Below, piece by piece: positions 1 through 11,300 of a stretch of 64,000 nt of DNA. Source of the stretch: a virus. Both the position numbers and the translations under genes were made by a program. The notes beneath the pieces were generated by a model. That model was given only the letters and a program-made list of their open reading frames with translations. It ran no database searches and was not told the origin of the DNA. The stretch is from positions 4,146 through 68,145 of the IMG/VR virus record IMGVR_UViG_3300031851_000014. One strand, given 5' to 3'. Numbering within the stretch: the first letter of the stretch is position 1; every line of letters begins with the position of its first letter.

Positions 1-3000
1 AACTCTGTAGTTAAACCTGTTCGTCCTTTTACAGGCGGTACAGATATTAACAACGAGTTTGATGCAGAAACAGTTACTTTAGAAGATCCTATTAATGGAG
101 TAATTAGATCATTTAATTTTAACAGTAATTTATTACCTTCTGATAATCAAGCTTCTGTTGTAGGTACTAAAGGTTTAACTACGTCAGCTTTAATTGCACA
201 ACAATTAGCTAAAGTAATTAGATTAAATCAGATTGAAATTGCAGCTACTTACGATGTTACAGACGATCTTATTAGATTACAAATGGAAAAATCAGGCGGT
301 AATGGAAATTATATTACTTCGTCGAACGTAACTTTATTTACGCCCTCGGAATTTAGAGGCGGCGTAGAAGGAGAACGTAAGTTTTTTTATTACTGGTTTT
401 CAGTCAGTGAAATTCTTAGGTATTTAGTTGTTATTGATTATTCAGCTAGAGGTCCAGCAGATAATTTGTTTTACATTTATTTAATTGATACTGTAAACGA
501 GACTGTTTTAAATCAGACACCAGAAATTAACGAAACTGTGCAAGATATTTATGACTATATTACATACGGTAATGATGCCTACGAAGCTGATGAAGCATTA
601 GATGCTGTTACTATTGGTACTAATATTTTCTTTGTAAACAAATTTGTTAAGGCAGGCTTTAGTTCTAACAAAGATGGCTACAAGTTTGACTTGTCAGGTA
701 ATGTCACAGAAGAGATTGACTATGAGGGGCAGGAAATTACTTACTACACCAGTTCTGTTGTTGATCCTGATGGTACAGCATTACTGTATGTTCCTAATAA
801 AGCTTACGTTGGTGGTACAGAAGTATATAATCAGTACGGTGTTTGGAAAGCTTTGGCTGACATTAGGTCAGAATCTACAGCACAATTTGCAACTGACGAT
901 ACCGAAGAAACTGTTATTGCTGCTGACCCCGGTCCACCCGAATACTATACTTCTAAAGTTGCTTCAGATTTAGATGCTAACATTTGGTATCCTTGGGAAG
1001 TTAATCAAGCTCTTGTAGATTTAGAAGGAAACAGAAGAACCAACGTTGGTCCTCTTCCAAAAGCATCTGTTTGGGCCGAAGGTATGACTCCTTCTGTTCA
1101 AATTGGTGCTACGGTTGAAAGAAAATGGAAAGCCAGTGTTGAAGATTCTAGCGGTATTGTTACTGAACAGGGTGATATTGTATACGACATTGCTCACTCT
1201 AGGTTGACTTGTGACTCTACCATATCGACATCAGATTGTAATACAAGCGGTCATAGTAGGTACATTGCTCTGTGGCAGTACGTTAGAGCCGTTGAACAAA
1301 TTCCGGTAGAAGATAACCGTTACGTTGACAGAACTAAGCAGTACTTAGGGCAGGCTTACAGTGACTTATCTAATGTTAAGTTACCCCCTCATCCTACAGA
1401 TCCCAATGATATTATTGACTTAGCTGTGTTAGGTTCTATCCCCGATGGTATTCCTAACTACTCTACTAACCTTGTAGGTGAAGCAGCTATTTCTATGGGG
1501 TTGTTATACGAAGGAAAAGAATTAACGGACTATACTGATATTATTAATAACACAGGTAGCCCAGCTTTAACTACGCATGAGTATGGTTTAGGTAAGATTC
1601 TTTATGTAGAGAACGCTTATGCTGACGCTCTTCCGGGCTACTACAGAGTACAGTCTGATACAGAAAAACCTTTCTTAAACAAAGTACGTACACCTCATCC
1701 ATTTAGTATGTTTGATAAAGCACGTATGCCTCACCAGTTAAGTTTTAATGCACCTGATGACAGTAACCCATTAGGGCGATGGTCGTTTTCTACTATTAAT
1801 TGGAACTTACGGACAACAGGTACTGACACAAGTAATCCCGGTCCTAAGTTGTTTGAAGATGGTAAGCAGTCTGAGATTAAAGCTCTAGGTTATTTTAGAA
1901 ACAGGTTGTGGATGGCTGGAGAAGATAAGGTATTCTCATCTAAGTTAAACGATATTACTAATTTCTTCTTAGATGACGCAGCGTCCATTACCGATGAGGA
2001 TCCTATTGATGTTACTTGTTCATATAATAAGTACACAGAAGTAATTAATCTTACTCCGTTTGAAAATAACTTATTTGTTAATACGGGGTCAGACGTTCAG
2101 TTTACTATCTCTGGATCAGATAACCTTATCTCCCCGTTCACAGCAGAAGTATCTCCCTCGTCGTTCTATTCTACAGCTCCTCTTATTAAACCCATACTCT
2201 TAGGATCACAGATTTATTTCTTTGATAGTAAACGATTGTATGTATATTTTAATGACAAAACGGTGTCTATGAATAACGCGGTTGAAGTCAGCTATCATTG
2301 TCCTGACTTTTTACCTGAAAAATACTCAACCTCAACTGTTGTGCCTTCCTTTGATACAATTTTATTTAACAATAGGCAAAACAAAAAAGAAGTTTTCTGT
2401 TACACAAACAGGTACTCTGGTGAACAAGTAATTCAAAACGCTTTCTTTAAGTATGTATACGATAGAGATGTGGTGGCTATGAATAGCTACGATTCTAATA
2501 TTTATTTTGTTACAGTAACTTCAGATGAAAGCCGAACGATTCACCATATTCAAAAACAACTGTTCCAAGAAAAAGATTTTTCTGTTCCTTTGTTAGATAA
2601 CAGCTTTACTAAATTTAGTTCTGCTGTATACTCACCTGCGGATGATAGTACACAGTTTACTTTTGATGGATATTACAATCCTACTATTGATACTATTGTC
2701 GTAGACGGGGAGTCTTTAGCGATTCAATCGTTTGGAACAGGAGTTACAGCTTCTACAGTAACAGTCCAAGGTAAATATGATACGGCTAATTCAGTTTATG
2801 TGGGTACTAAATACACAACTAGAATTCAGTTGTCTCCTATTTTCTATAGAGACCAAGGTGGTAACGTTATTGACGGTATCCTATCATTGCGTACCATGCA
2901 CCTCCGTCACCATAATACTGGTAACTATAGGATTGAAGTAGATAATAGAAATAGGGTTACTACTCCTATTGAGTTTTCATCCAAAGAAATTTCAACACGA

Positions 3001-3177
3001 AGCGATCTAATGCCTTTAGATAACTTTGTTGTTGATGGGGAAACAGTCTCTAAGATCTTTGGATACGGAGACGAAGTAAGCATTAGCATTCTGTCGGATT
3101 ATATATCTCCGATGAATATCACAAATATTGAAATTAAAGGACGGTTTAACACTACCTATAGCTCTTGGGTAAGATAA
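1..3177 (+). CDS. Tail tubular protein B (T7 gp12-like nozzle), 5'-truncated by the window
   Basis: Frame 1 is open from base 1 into the 283..3177 ORF. It contains gp12-type segments (RMPHQL, GYFRNRLW, DPIDV, QNAFFKY, VGTKYTTRIQLSP, NIEIKGRF). Confidence 0.85.
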   Translation, partial: NSVVKPVRPFTGGTDINNEFDAETVTLEDPINGVIRSFNFNSNLLPSDNQASVVGTKGLTTSALIAQQLAKVIRLNQIEIAATYDVTDDLIRLQMEKSGGNGNYITSSNVTLFTPSEFRGGVEGERKFFYYWFSVSEILRYLVVIDYSARGPADNLFYIYLIDTVNETVLNQTPEINETVQDIYDYITYGNDAYEADEALDAVTIGTNIFFVNKFVKAGFSSNKDGYKFDLSGNVTEEIDYEGQEITYYTSSVVDPDGTALLYVPNKAYVGGTEVYNQYGVWKALADIRSESTAQFATDDTEETVIAADPGPPEYYTSKVASDLDANIWYPWEVNQALVDLEGNRRTNVGPLPKASVWAEGMTPSVQIGATVERKWKASVEDSSGIVTEQGDIVYDIAHSRLTCDSTISTSDCNTSGHSRYIALWQYVRAVEQIPVEDNRYVDRTKQYLGQAYSDLSNVKLPPHPTDPNDIIDLAVLGSIPDGIPNYSTNLVGEAAISMGLLYEGKELTDYTDIINNTGSPALTTHEYGLGKILYVENAYADALPGYYRVQSDTEKPFLNKVRTPHPFSMFDKARMPHQLSFNAPDDSNPLGRWSFSTINWNLRTTGTDTSNPGPKLFEDGKQSEIKALGYFRNRLWMAGEDKVFSSKLNDITNFFLDDAASITDEDPIDVTCSYNKYTEVINLTPFENNLFVNTGSDVQFTISGSDNLISPFTAEVSPSSFYSTAPLIKPILLGSQIYFFDSKRLYVYFNDKTVSMNNAVEVSYHCPDFLPEKYSTSTVVPSFDTILFNNRQNKKEVFCYTNRYSGEQVIQNAFFKYVYDRDVVAMNSYDSNIYFVTVTSDESRTIHHIQKQLFQEKDFSVPLLDNSFTKFSSAVYSPADDSTQFTFDGYYNPTIDTIVVDGESLAIQSFGTGVTASTVTVQGKYDTANSVYVGTKYTTRIQLSPIFYRDQGGNVIDGILSLRTMHLRHHNTGNYRIEVDNRNRVTTPIEFSSKEISTRSDLMPLDNFVVDGETVSKIFGYGDEVSISILSDYISPMNITNIEIKGRFNTTYSSWVR

Positions 3178-3187
3178 CCGTTCTCCG

Positions 3188-3222
3188 GGTCGGTGTGGCT
3201 TTCGGGCCACATCGGCCTTTCT
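3188..3222 (+). terminator. Stem-loop with UUCG tetraloop after tail tube B (intrinsic terminator or processing site)
   Basis: GGTCGGTGTGGCT-TTCG-GGCCACATCGGCC (13-bp stem with G-U pairs) followed by TTTCT. Confidence 0.6.
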
Positions 3223-3236
3223 AAAGGAGATTAGAA

Positions 3237-5345
3237 ATGGCATTTGATAACACAAATTTTAGACAGTGTTCTTATAACTACAACAGTGCAGTAGGTAATA
3301 CAGGTACAACTACAGATGATTCAAAGTATTTTAATACTGTGTCAAAAGATATCGGTAACACAGGAGGAGCAGAATCGTGTATTCAGATTGAATTAACTCC
3401 TGTTCAAACGGTGTTTAAAGAAAACGTGAGTATTACACAGCAGGTAGAAGTCTTTTTTCAAGCAAGAAAAAACTACGCTGGTGTTGATATTCTTAGTATT
3501 TACCCTGTAGAACAACGTCAAGGTTTATTTAGATTACCTCAAACAGATACTAACGGTAATATTGTTTATATTGCAGAACAATCTGGAAATGATTCTAAAT
3601 ACTATGTTTATCTTTCTGAGGCTACGGTTACTCAATTAGAAAAAACTAAAAAGCCAGATGGATCAGCATTGTTAAATTACTCTGCTACTCCTGAGACATT
3701 AGTTTTCCCCGCTCCTTTAGCAACAGATGAATATACTATTAAACGTCTTACTCATTCGATTACAGATTTTGTCACGTACCAGCCCGGTGGACAGTTAACG
3801 TCTAATCTCCTTAACTTCCAAAAGGGTCAGGAAATGTTTTTGATTCAAGAGCTTCTGTGGACTATCGAAATGGATATGATTACCTTCTCTGATTTGTCAG
3901 GTAACGGTAAGATTGTTACTACTGGTGCAGATGGATATATCCCTGTTGAAGACATTAACTTATCTATTTTTGATCTTAATGATGTTGATGCTGATACGAA
4001 TGCTTCTAGGGCTGTGTTGTATCGTGACGGTACAAACTTTAAGACACAATCAGTTTTTGACCTTATTAATATTTCAGATATTATCAATGTTTCAAATAAT
4101 ACTCCCGCATCAAATAATGTATTAGCTTACAACGAGTCATCTGGTTTTTGGGAACCTAAATCAGTAAGCGAAGCAGCAGGTAATTGTAGTGGTATTTTAG
4201 CATCTACTCTTAACTTTTGTTCAGGGAGCCATACAGATATTAATTTAACTGATATCTTTATTAGTACTTCTTCACCAGCTTTTGATGATACTAGTAATAC
4301 AAGAGTGATGACAGAAAGTGGTTTAACTAAGGTTCCTTTAAACACGCTATCAAATGTTGATGACTCTGGAATTACTGATGGTTTTTTACTTAAATATCAA
4401 AGTTCAAATCAAACTTATATTCCAATTAATCCTGCTAGTTTAGGTACTGCTGGTGATGCCGGTGGTAATACGTTTGAGTATACTTTTACTGCTACTACTC
4501 CGGGCAACGGACAAATTTTATTAAGCGATTCTTTAGAAGCTACTACACAAATTTTTGTAAACAATACAAACGCTGATGGTGCTGATGTAAAAAACTGGTT
4601 TACTTCTTTTAGTGTCGGATCTAATGATTTTGTTAAAGTGTTTAAAAAAGGTGCCCCCGAGAATTTTGCTGTTTATAAATTAACAGGGGTTACAAATAAC
4701 GGTACAATAGCTACGTTAACTGTCGATAATGTAGCATTTGCTGGAACCATTAGTGCTACCAACGCTGTTTACTTAACTCACATCCCTTCAGGTGCTGCTG
4801 GAGCTGCTGGCGCACCGGGCGCACAGGGTGACGCAGGATCCCAAGGAGATACTGGTCCCGCTGGAGCTGCAATCACATCGGGAACTGTTGCTGTAGATAG
4901 TGCTAACTTAGTATTTAATTTTGTAGATAACCAATCACCAGCAAGTGATTTTACTGTTACTTTATCTAACTGGCTTAGTATTGTAGACGCTACTTGGTAT
5001 TATGTAGTAAGTTCAACAGTAGATTCTAGTGCCTATGGTCAATATACGTATGTGCTTAATACAGATTCTGATTTATCATCTGGTACTACTCTTACTGGTG
5101 CAGTTAACTTAGCAGAAAATGGTAACTCCGGTACAGACGCTAGTAGTGACAGAACTTTCCAAGGTATTGTGTATGGGCCTCCTACTTCTATTAGCTCGAA
5201 TCAAGAAGTACACGGAAAGAATTTAGTTAACGGTGACGTAATTAAATTAGCTCCCATTGCTATTGGTACTGGGGTAATGGTAAAAAATACTAATGAATTT
5301 AGTACACAAAATGTTATTCAACTAATTGAATGTGCGTCAGCTTAA
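3237..5345 (+). CDS. Tail fibre protein (T7 gp17-like attachment segment, short collagen-like repeat)
   Basis: IKRLT...VTYQPGGQLTSNLLN...QEMFLIQE resembles the gp17 N-terminal anchor. It has a G-x-x run (GAAGAAGAPGAQGDAGSQGDTGPAG) and an AAGGAG RBS. Confidence 0.75.
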   Translation: MAFDNTNFRQCSYNYNSAVGNTGTTTDDSKYFNTVSKDIGNTGGAESCIQIELTPVQTVFKENVSITQQVEVFFQARKNYAGVDILSIYPVEQRQGLFRLPQTDTNGNIVYIAEQSGNDSKYYVYLSEATVTQLEKTKKPDGSALLNYSATPETLVFPAPLATDEYTIKRLTHSITDFVTYQPGGQLTSNLLNFQKGQEMFLIQELLWTIEMDMITFSDLSGNGKIVTTGADGYIPVEDINLSIFDLNDVDADTNASRAVLYRDGTNFKTQSVFDLINISDIINVSNNTPASNNVLAYNESSGFWEPKSVSEAAGNCSGILASTLNFCSGSHTDINLTDIFISTSSPAFDDTSNTRVMTESGLTKVPLNTLSNVDDSGITDGFLLKYQSSNQTYIPINPASLGTAGDAGGNTFEYTFTATTPGNGQILLSDSLEATTQIFVNNTNADGADVKNWFTSFSVGSNDFVKVFKKGAPENFAVYKLTGVTNNGTIATLTVDNVAFAGTISATNAVYLTHIPSGAAGAAGAPGAQGDAGSQGDTGPAGAAITSGTVAVDSANLVFNFVDNQSPASDFTVTLSNWLSIVDATWYYVVSSTVDSSAYGQYTYVLNTDSDLSSGTTLTGAVNLAENGNSGTDASSDRTFQGIVYGPPTSISSNQEVHGKNLVNGDVIKLAPIAIGTGVMVKNTNEFSTQNVIQLIECASA

Positions 5346-5354
5346 GGAGAACAC

Positions 5355-8300
5355 ATGACTACACCACCTTCATTTGATACTGATTGCGGCTGCGTTGGCG
5401 GTCCTTGTAACCCTATAGGTAGATGCTGCTTTGGCACTGTCGATAATGACCCCGGAGATAACAATAGTTGTTCAGAAGAAAACACAGGTATTTTAAGCAG
5501 CTATCAATGGCCTAGCACTAATTGGTATGCTACTTTATCAGAAGGTAATAGTGATCCAAATAATATTGTTTATGCTAAGTTTGGTTATAATTTTAATTTG
5601 TTTGAAAATCAACAGTGTTCTGATAGTATACACGACATTGATGAAACAGATGGTGTTACAAAATATAATACTATAGCTACTGCTCAGAATAATTTTTGTA
5701 GTAATAACCCTGAAGGTTTTTTAACAGGTCAGTATTTAACAACTTTTAGAAGTATGGTTATTAGAAATAATAACGTTAACTGGGATGCTTCAAATGCTAC
5801 AGCCACAATTCAAATAAGATATCCCAGTTTAAATGAGTTTGCTGAAGATTTAGATTTTATGCAAAACACTTCTTATGAGGCTTTAATTTTAAAAATAAGA
5901 GTTAAAGATCAAAGTACTATTAGACGGCGTTTTACTCCTACTTCGTTTATCCCTGTAGATACAGATGGTAGTAGTACTGGAGTTCCTCGTTTAGCACCCG
6001 GAGTTGAAGTAGGTGATGTATATACTTATAGATTTCCTATTCAATCAGATCCCGAAAAAGAAATTATTGGTTTAAAAGAACTTTGGGAAGATGAGACAAA
6101 TAGTGGTGGGGAAGTTATTCTTAATATACGAACTAGAGATTCTTTAGATCAAGATTGTTCTAGTGAGTGGCCTGCTTTTAATTGGAAATTAGGAAGCTTT
6201 GATAATCAGATTATTAAAGCTTTCACCAATGAAACTATTACTCCTCAAGAAAACTATGAAAATAATTTATGGGGTATTGAAGTAGAGTACTGGTTTTACT
6301 TTGAAGGATCTTTAGAACCCGGAGGACAAGGCATTCAAGGAGATTGCTCAAACTTTGGCTCGTCTAATGTAGGAACATGCGACGGTAAGGGAGGAACTTT
6401 AGGAGATGCTGTTCCGGGTGCTTTTGATGGATTCGCTTGTACATCAGAGTGTGAAGGCGTTGGAACTATAGATGAAAGTTTTTGTGTTTGCGATATTTGC
6501 GATTGTCTTTCAGATTGGAGCGGTTGTTTTAGTTCGGATGAACAAACGCAACTTAACAAAATCTGTGCTTGTTGCCAAGGAGTAGGCGGAACATTTGGGG
6601 GACAAAGCTGTCCTGACGATTGCGATGAATGTGGTGGTTTTGATATTAGTTGTCAAACATGTGGCGATAATTGTTGTACTGATTGCGATAGAGGTAGTAT
6701 AAGTTTTGGTACTTTTGATGAGTGTATGACTAAAATTGACGATGGTAATGCTATTTGTTGGTCGCCTGTTTCAACTACTATTTGCCCTTGTTTATCAGAA
6801 ATTGTAATTGACGAATGTGGTTGTTTTCTTACTACCGGATGTGAAGACAACAGCGTTGGCGGTTGTTTAAACGGAGGGTGTAGAGCTTATATCCCATCGT
6901 CGTGCGGCGGCGGGGAAGTCACTAAAGACTTTTTCTTTTTAGCTTACAATAAAGACGGCAATATTCAAGACGGTATTACATTCAGTTTAAGCGCCCCTTA
7001 TAATCAACAGATTGAATATGGGTATTGTGGTGAACCATCTAATTCTGAAGCTGGTTTAGAAAGTTCTGAGTGGGAAGCATCAATGGACAGCGGGGAATAT
7101 CAAATCTTAGGTAATATGCCGATTACATTTGATAGAGACCGAGCTTGTATGATTAAAAGTAATACTGTAGATGGTAGTTTACTTCGAGAACCTGTTTTAG
7201 AAACTATTAAAATTAAAAACATTCAATTATGTAATTATAAAACAAACGGTTCTTGTGGGCAGTGTAATAATAGGAGCATTGTTGGTGGCTTTAATCCCCC
7301 TACTATAGGTAAAGGCGTGTACACTACTCTTAAACTTACAAACACCGACCTTAAATTTAAACGTACTAATCAATTTAATAAGCTTATTGCTTTTAATAAC
7401 AGCGACGGTGCTGCTAGTATTGCTACTACTAACGATAATTATACTATTTCAGCCTCAGGAGATACACAAAACTTATTAAATTTAGGTTTTGATCAAACTG
7501 AAATTTCTCAGGCAATGAAAAACACTACAGAACGAGATAAGGTGAAAGCAGATTTTACTAAATTAGATTCTACGTGGTATGCAGCCACATACTGTAAGAG
7601 TGAACTTCTTCAAAACACTGAGTTTAATAATAGTGCTTACGCTTTTTTAACGGATACTAACTCAGGGTGGTGGTCGGGTAATCCGGATAACACTACTTAT
7701 TTACGTGTGTGGTCTACACAAGTTAGATCTGTTTATAAATTTTGTTATCCTTTTAGTACATCCGCGAGCGTCGATGATGCAACTTGTACAGAAAATGTAG
7801 ATGATAATTTTTCTAATTGTTACTTTAGACTTGACCACAAGTATGCTAAAGACTCACAAACTGAAAGAGGTATTGTTAAATCTAGTATTGACGATACCGG
7901 GGTTTACAAACAACTTAACGCAAACTGTGAAGATACTAATACTTGTGTATTTTGTAACACTTGGACATCAGCAGATGACCCAACGAATAAAGGATGTAAC
8001 AGTTATATCGACGTTTCCGGTAATTTCGTAGCAGAAACAGAAGGAGCTATGTTAATGCCGTCTCGTCCTCATACCTATCAAGTTGAAGTGTGGTATGTTA
8101 CTGAAGCAGGCGGCCCTTGTAGCAGCTATGTTCAAGATTATCCTACTGATTTTAAATTAGCTGGTATTGTTCAAAGTGTTCCTAATTGTCTTCTTGCAGC
8201 AGAACAATTAGAAGATACCATTAAACAATATGGGACTTCACCTACTATCTCTTATAACATTTATTACGATAGTTGCGGGTCTTTCTTTTGGCAATTTAAA

Positions 8301-11300
8301 GAACGTGAAGACGAACTTAAAAGTATTATTTTAAATACTAGCTACGACGAAGATTTTGACGATCTTATTGAAGGCGTTGAGTCAGCTACGATTACTCGTA
8401 AGATTGATTTAATTCCCGATCCGCAAGGCACTACTAGCTCTTACGTAGATAGAAATTCAGAGGCTAATGACATTCCTACTATTAAAGCTGTAACAAGTCA
8501 GAACTGGAATGAGGATGTCTGGTATCATACCGATCCCAAGCATGACTTTAACTTAGTTGCTAAGGGTAAGCCACAGGTTATGGCTAGATGGACTGAGATT
8601 CCGTTTAAGAACTACGCTAATGAGTATTTAGATTTAGATAAGACTCAATTAGGTTTTTATTTAACCGTGTCGGCTGCTCACATGGATGGTATTAACTCTG
8701 TTAAATTCTATCTTGACGGAGCTACTGCTGGCAATGGTGTGGCTTCTATTAATAAAGAATATGCTCACCCGTTAGAAACTTCTGTTGCTCGTGTCAAACG
8801 AGACGATAGCGGTAATCTTCTTAATAGCTTAGAAGAGTATACCGTTAGGCTTGAAACTAGCGGTCTTACTACAGGTGTTCATGAAGTACGAGCCAGAGTT
8901 ACAGCTAACTCACGTAATGATGGTTTAGGTGTAGGTACGTCTAGACTTCTGTACGGAGAACCACCTACGGGTAATGCTGAAGTTCTTATTACTGGTGAAG
9001 TAGCTGGCGATAGAACTCCCGGTGATTATAAAAACTGGGGTCCAATTGCTGGACAGAACTGGCCTTTAAGTAATGCTAAGTGGCCTAGAAGTGTTCCTGA
9101 TGGCCCTGAGCTGTTAAAGGGAGCTAGTGGATTAAACTATAAGAATAGTTTTCCAGCTATTGGTTCTACTAATAAATGGAATCTTGCTGCTAATGGGTTT
9201 AGTTATTATACCTCAGGTGGAGCCAAGACTTTTTATTACGATAATCGTTATATCTTTGGTGCAACCAGTCAACAGAACATTCTGTTTAATGGTTATGAGT
9301 CATTCTGGTTTAACTATAATCCAGCTCCTGTGCAAGTTACAGTGGGTAATGCTTCTGAAGTAAGTGCTGGTACAGCCGATGTGACTACAGTTGCAGCAGC
9401 CTTTACCTTACTTAATACAGGTAGCGTTGAAGCAGCAAGGCATGACGCTGAGATCATTCTTAATCCCGGTACAGATACTACTCCTCGTGAGTACCACTGG
9501 CCCAACCTTAAGGACTCAGAATCTCTGACGTATGCTGAGGGTGCTAACTGGTGTCGAAATGCTCTACAGAAAAAGAGTTTAGTTATTAAATCAAAAAACC
9601 CAGATAGTAAGAGTAAGACTATCTTATGGTTCCCACCGGGACAAGATAAGGTAGATATGGCTTGGAATTCCTTTGCGTTGCACGTTAAGGATCTTACTGT
9701 CCACACCTCACTGACCGGATCCTCTGTAAACCAGTGTTTGAAATCTACGGGTACTAACTGTAGGCTTCTCATTGAGAACGTTGACTTCGCATCGGTCTGT
9801 GTGGACGCTGTAAAGGCTTCTACGCTTGTAGACGGCTCTGGTGACATTATCTGTGGAGACAGCCTTACGCGGGCTTCTAACGGTACTGTGGCGGGTCAAA
9901 TTCAGTATAATAAATGTAGAAAGATCAGGGACGGAGAAGAAGACTACCAGTGTTCTGAGGATGCCACTGTGTGTGGTGTCAACTGTTGCGGTATCTTAGC
10001 TAATGGTACTGGATGTGCTGACTGTGCTACTACAGCCTGTAACTATTGTAGATCTAACTGTACGTGTCGTATGACTGAAGTACAGTGGTGGCCCTTCTTC
10101 TCATCTAATACTGTTAATTTATCTGCATCTAATGGTACTAATATTGCTGCTGAGATCGCTTGCAGTGGGACTTACCCGTGTACTAACAGCGCACTTAGTG
10201 CCTGTAAGGGTATCTTTGGGACTGACTTAGTACACACATCAACGTCGTTCTGTCTTGGTACAGAACCCGGACAGTGTGTTATCCTTGGTCTTTATAACCA
10301 CGATCTCATGGAGTTGGCTGATAATGACTCTTGGACTATGGGTATTTATGCTAAGTCTATTACCAGTAGTGCTGTACCGGGACCAGTAGTTAAGAACCCC
10401 GTCATGGTCAAACACTTTACAGTGGACAACATGACGGATAACTTAATCTGCGATGAAGGTCACAGTCTTATTATTGATTTATGGGTCAAGAATATTGATA
10501 ACTACAGCGATCCTGACAAGAAGGATACTGATATCGTGAAGTGGTCTTTAGATAACTATAATACTAAATACGGTATTAAAGTTCAAGACGATTACAACCC
10601 AGTTATCGGTAGTCCTAATCCTCGTGGGGTCTATAACTTTAACTCATTTATTGAAAATAGGATGATGATCAACATTAAGGTTGATAACTGTCACTCTAGA
10701 ATTATCAATATGCCCGGACCTTCGTTTACTGTTAGAGATATCTTAGGATCCTTTAACGGTGCTTACGCTGGTGTGGCTGGACACAAAGAAAACTTTGGTA
10801 CTTGGACGTTTAGAAACTTCTTATTTAAGGATTTCCACTTAGACGAAAAAGCTAACTCTCAGCAGATCTTTGGTCACAATGCTATTAATCATTTATACTT
10901 TGATAACTTTGTGGTTTCTTCTAATGTCCAGAAGTATTGCTTATCTACAGATGCTACTACGGATGCTTGTAAGAATATTCCAGAAGGTCCACTGTTCCCG
11001 TTAACTGATGGGGCTGTGTCGTCTCTGTCCACTAAGTATCTACACTATGGTCGTAAACAGATTCAGAACTTGTTTATTCGAGATTCTGTATTCCACAACC
11101 TTAGTACTAGCCCCTTGTTGTTACAGGAATTTTATCCATCATCTATTGATTATGGTATGGCAGCTCCTAACTTTATCGGTAGTAACTTCTCTGTTAATCG
11201 TAACAGGTACTACTGGACTGGCTCTCATGGTGTTAAGATCAGAGGGCTTCGACAGGTTAAGAACGATTATACTAACACTGCTAGGATCCCTGATCTAACT

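Noticed and set aside
4790-4870. Collagen-like G-x-x repeat in the tail fibre
   Set aside because: Real but short, and commonplace in phage fibres.
9591-9610. AAAAAACCCAGATAGTAA resembling the middle/late promoter motif
   Set aside because: It is inside a CDS (KNPDSK) and lacks the leading TAA and the TAT(A/T)A element.
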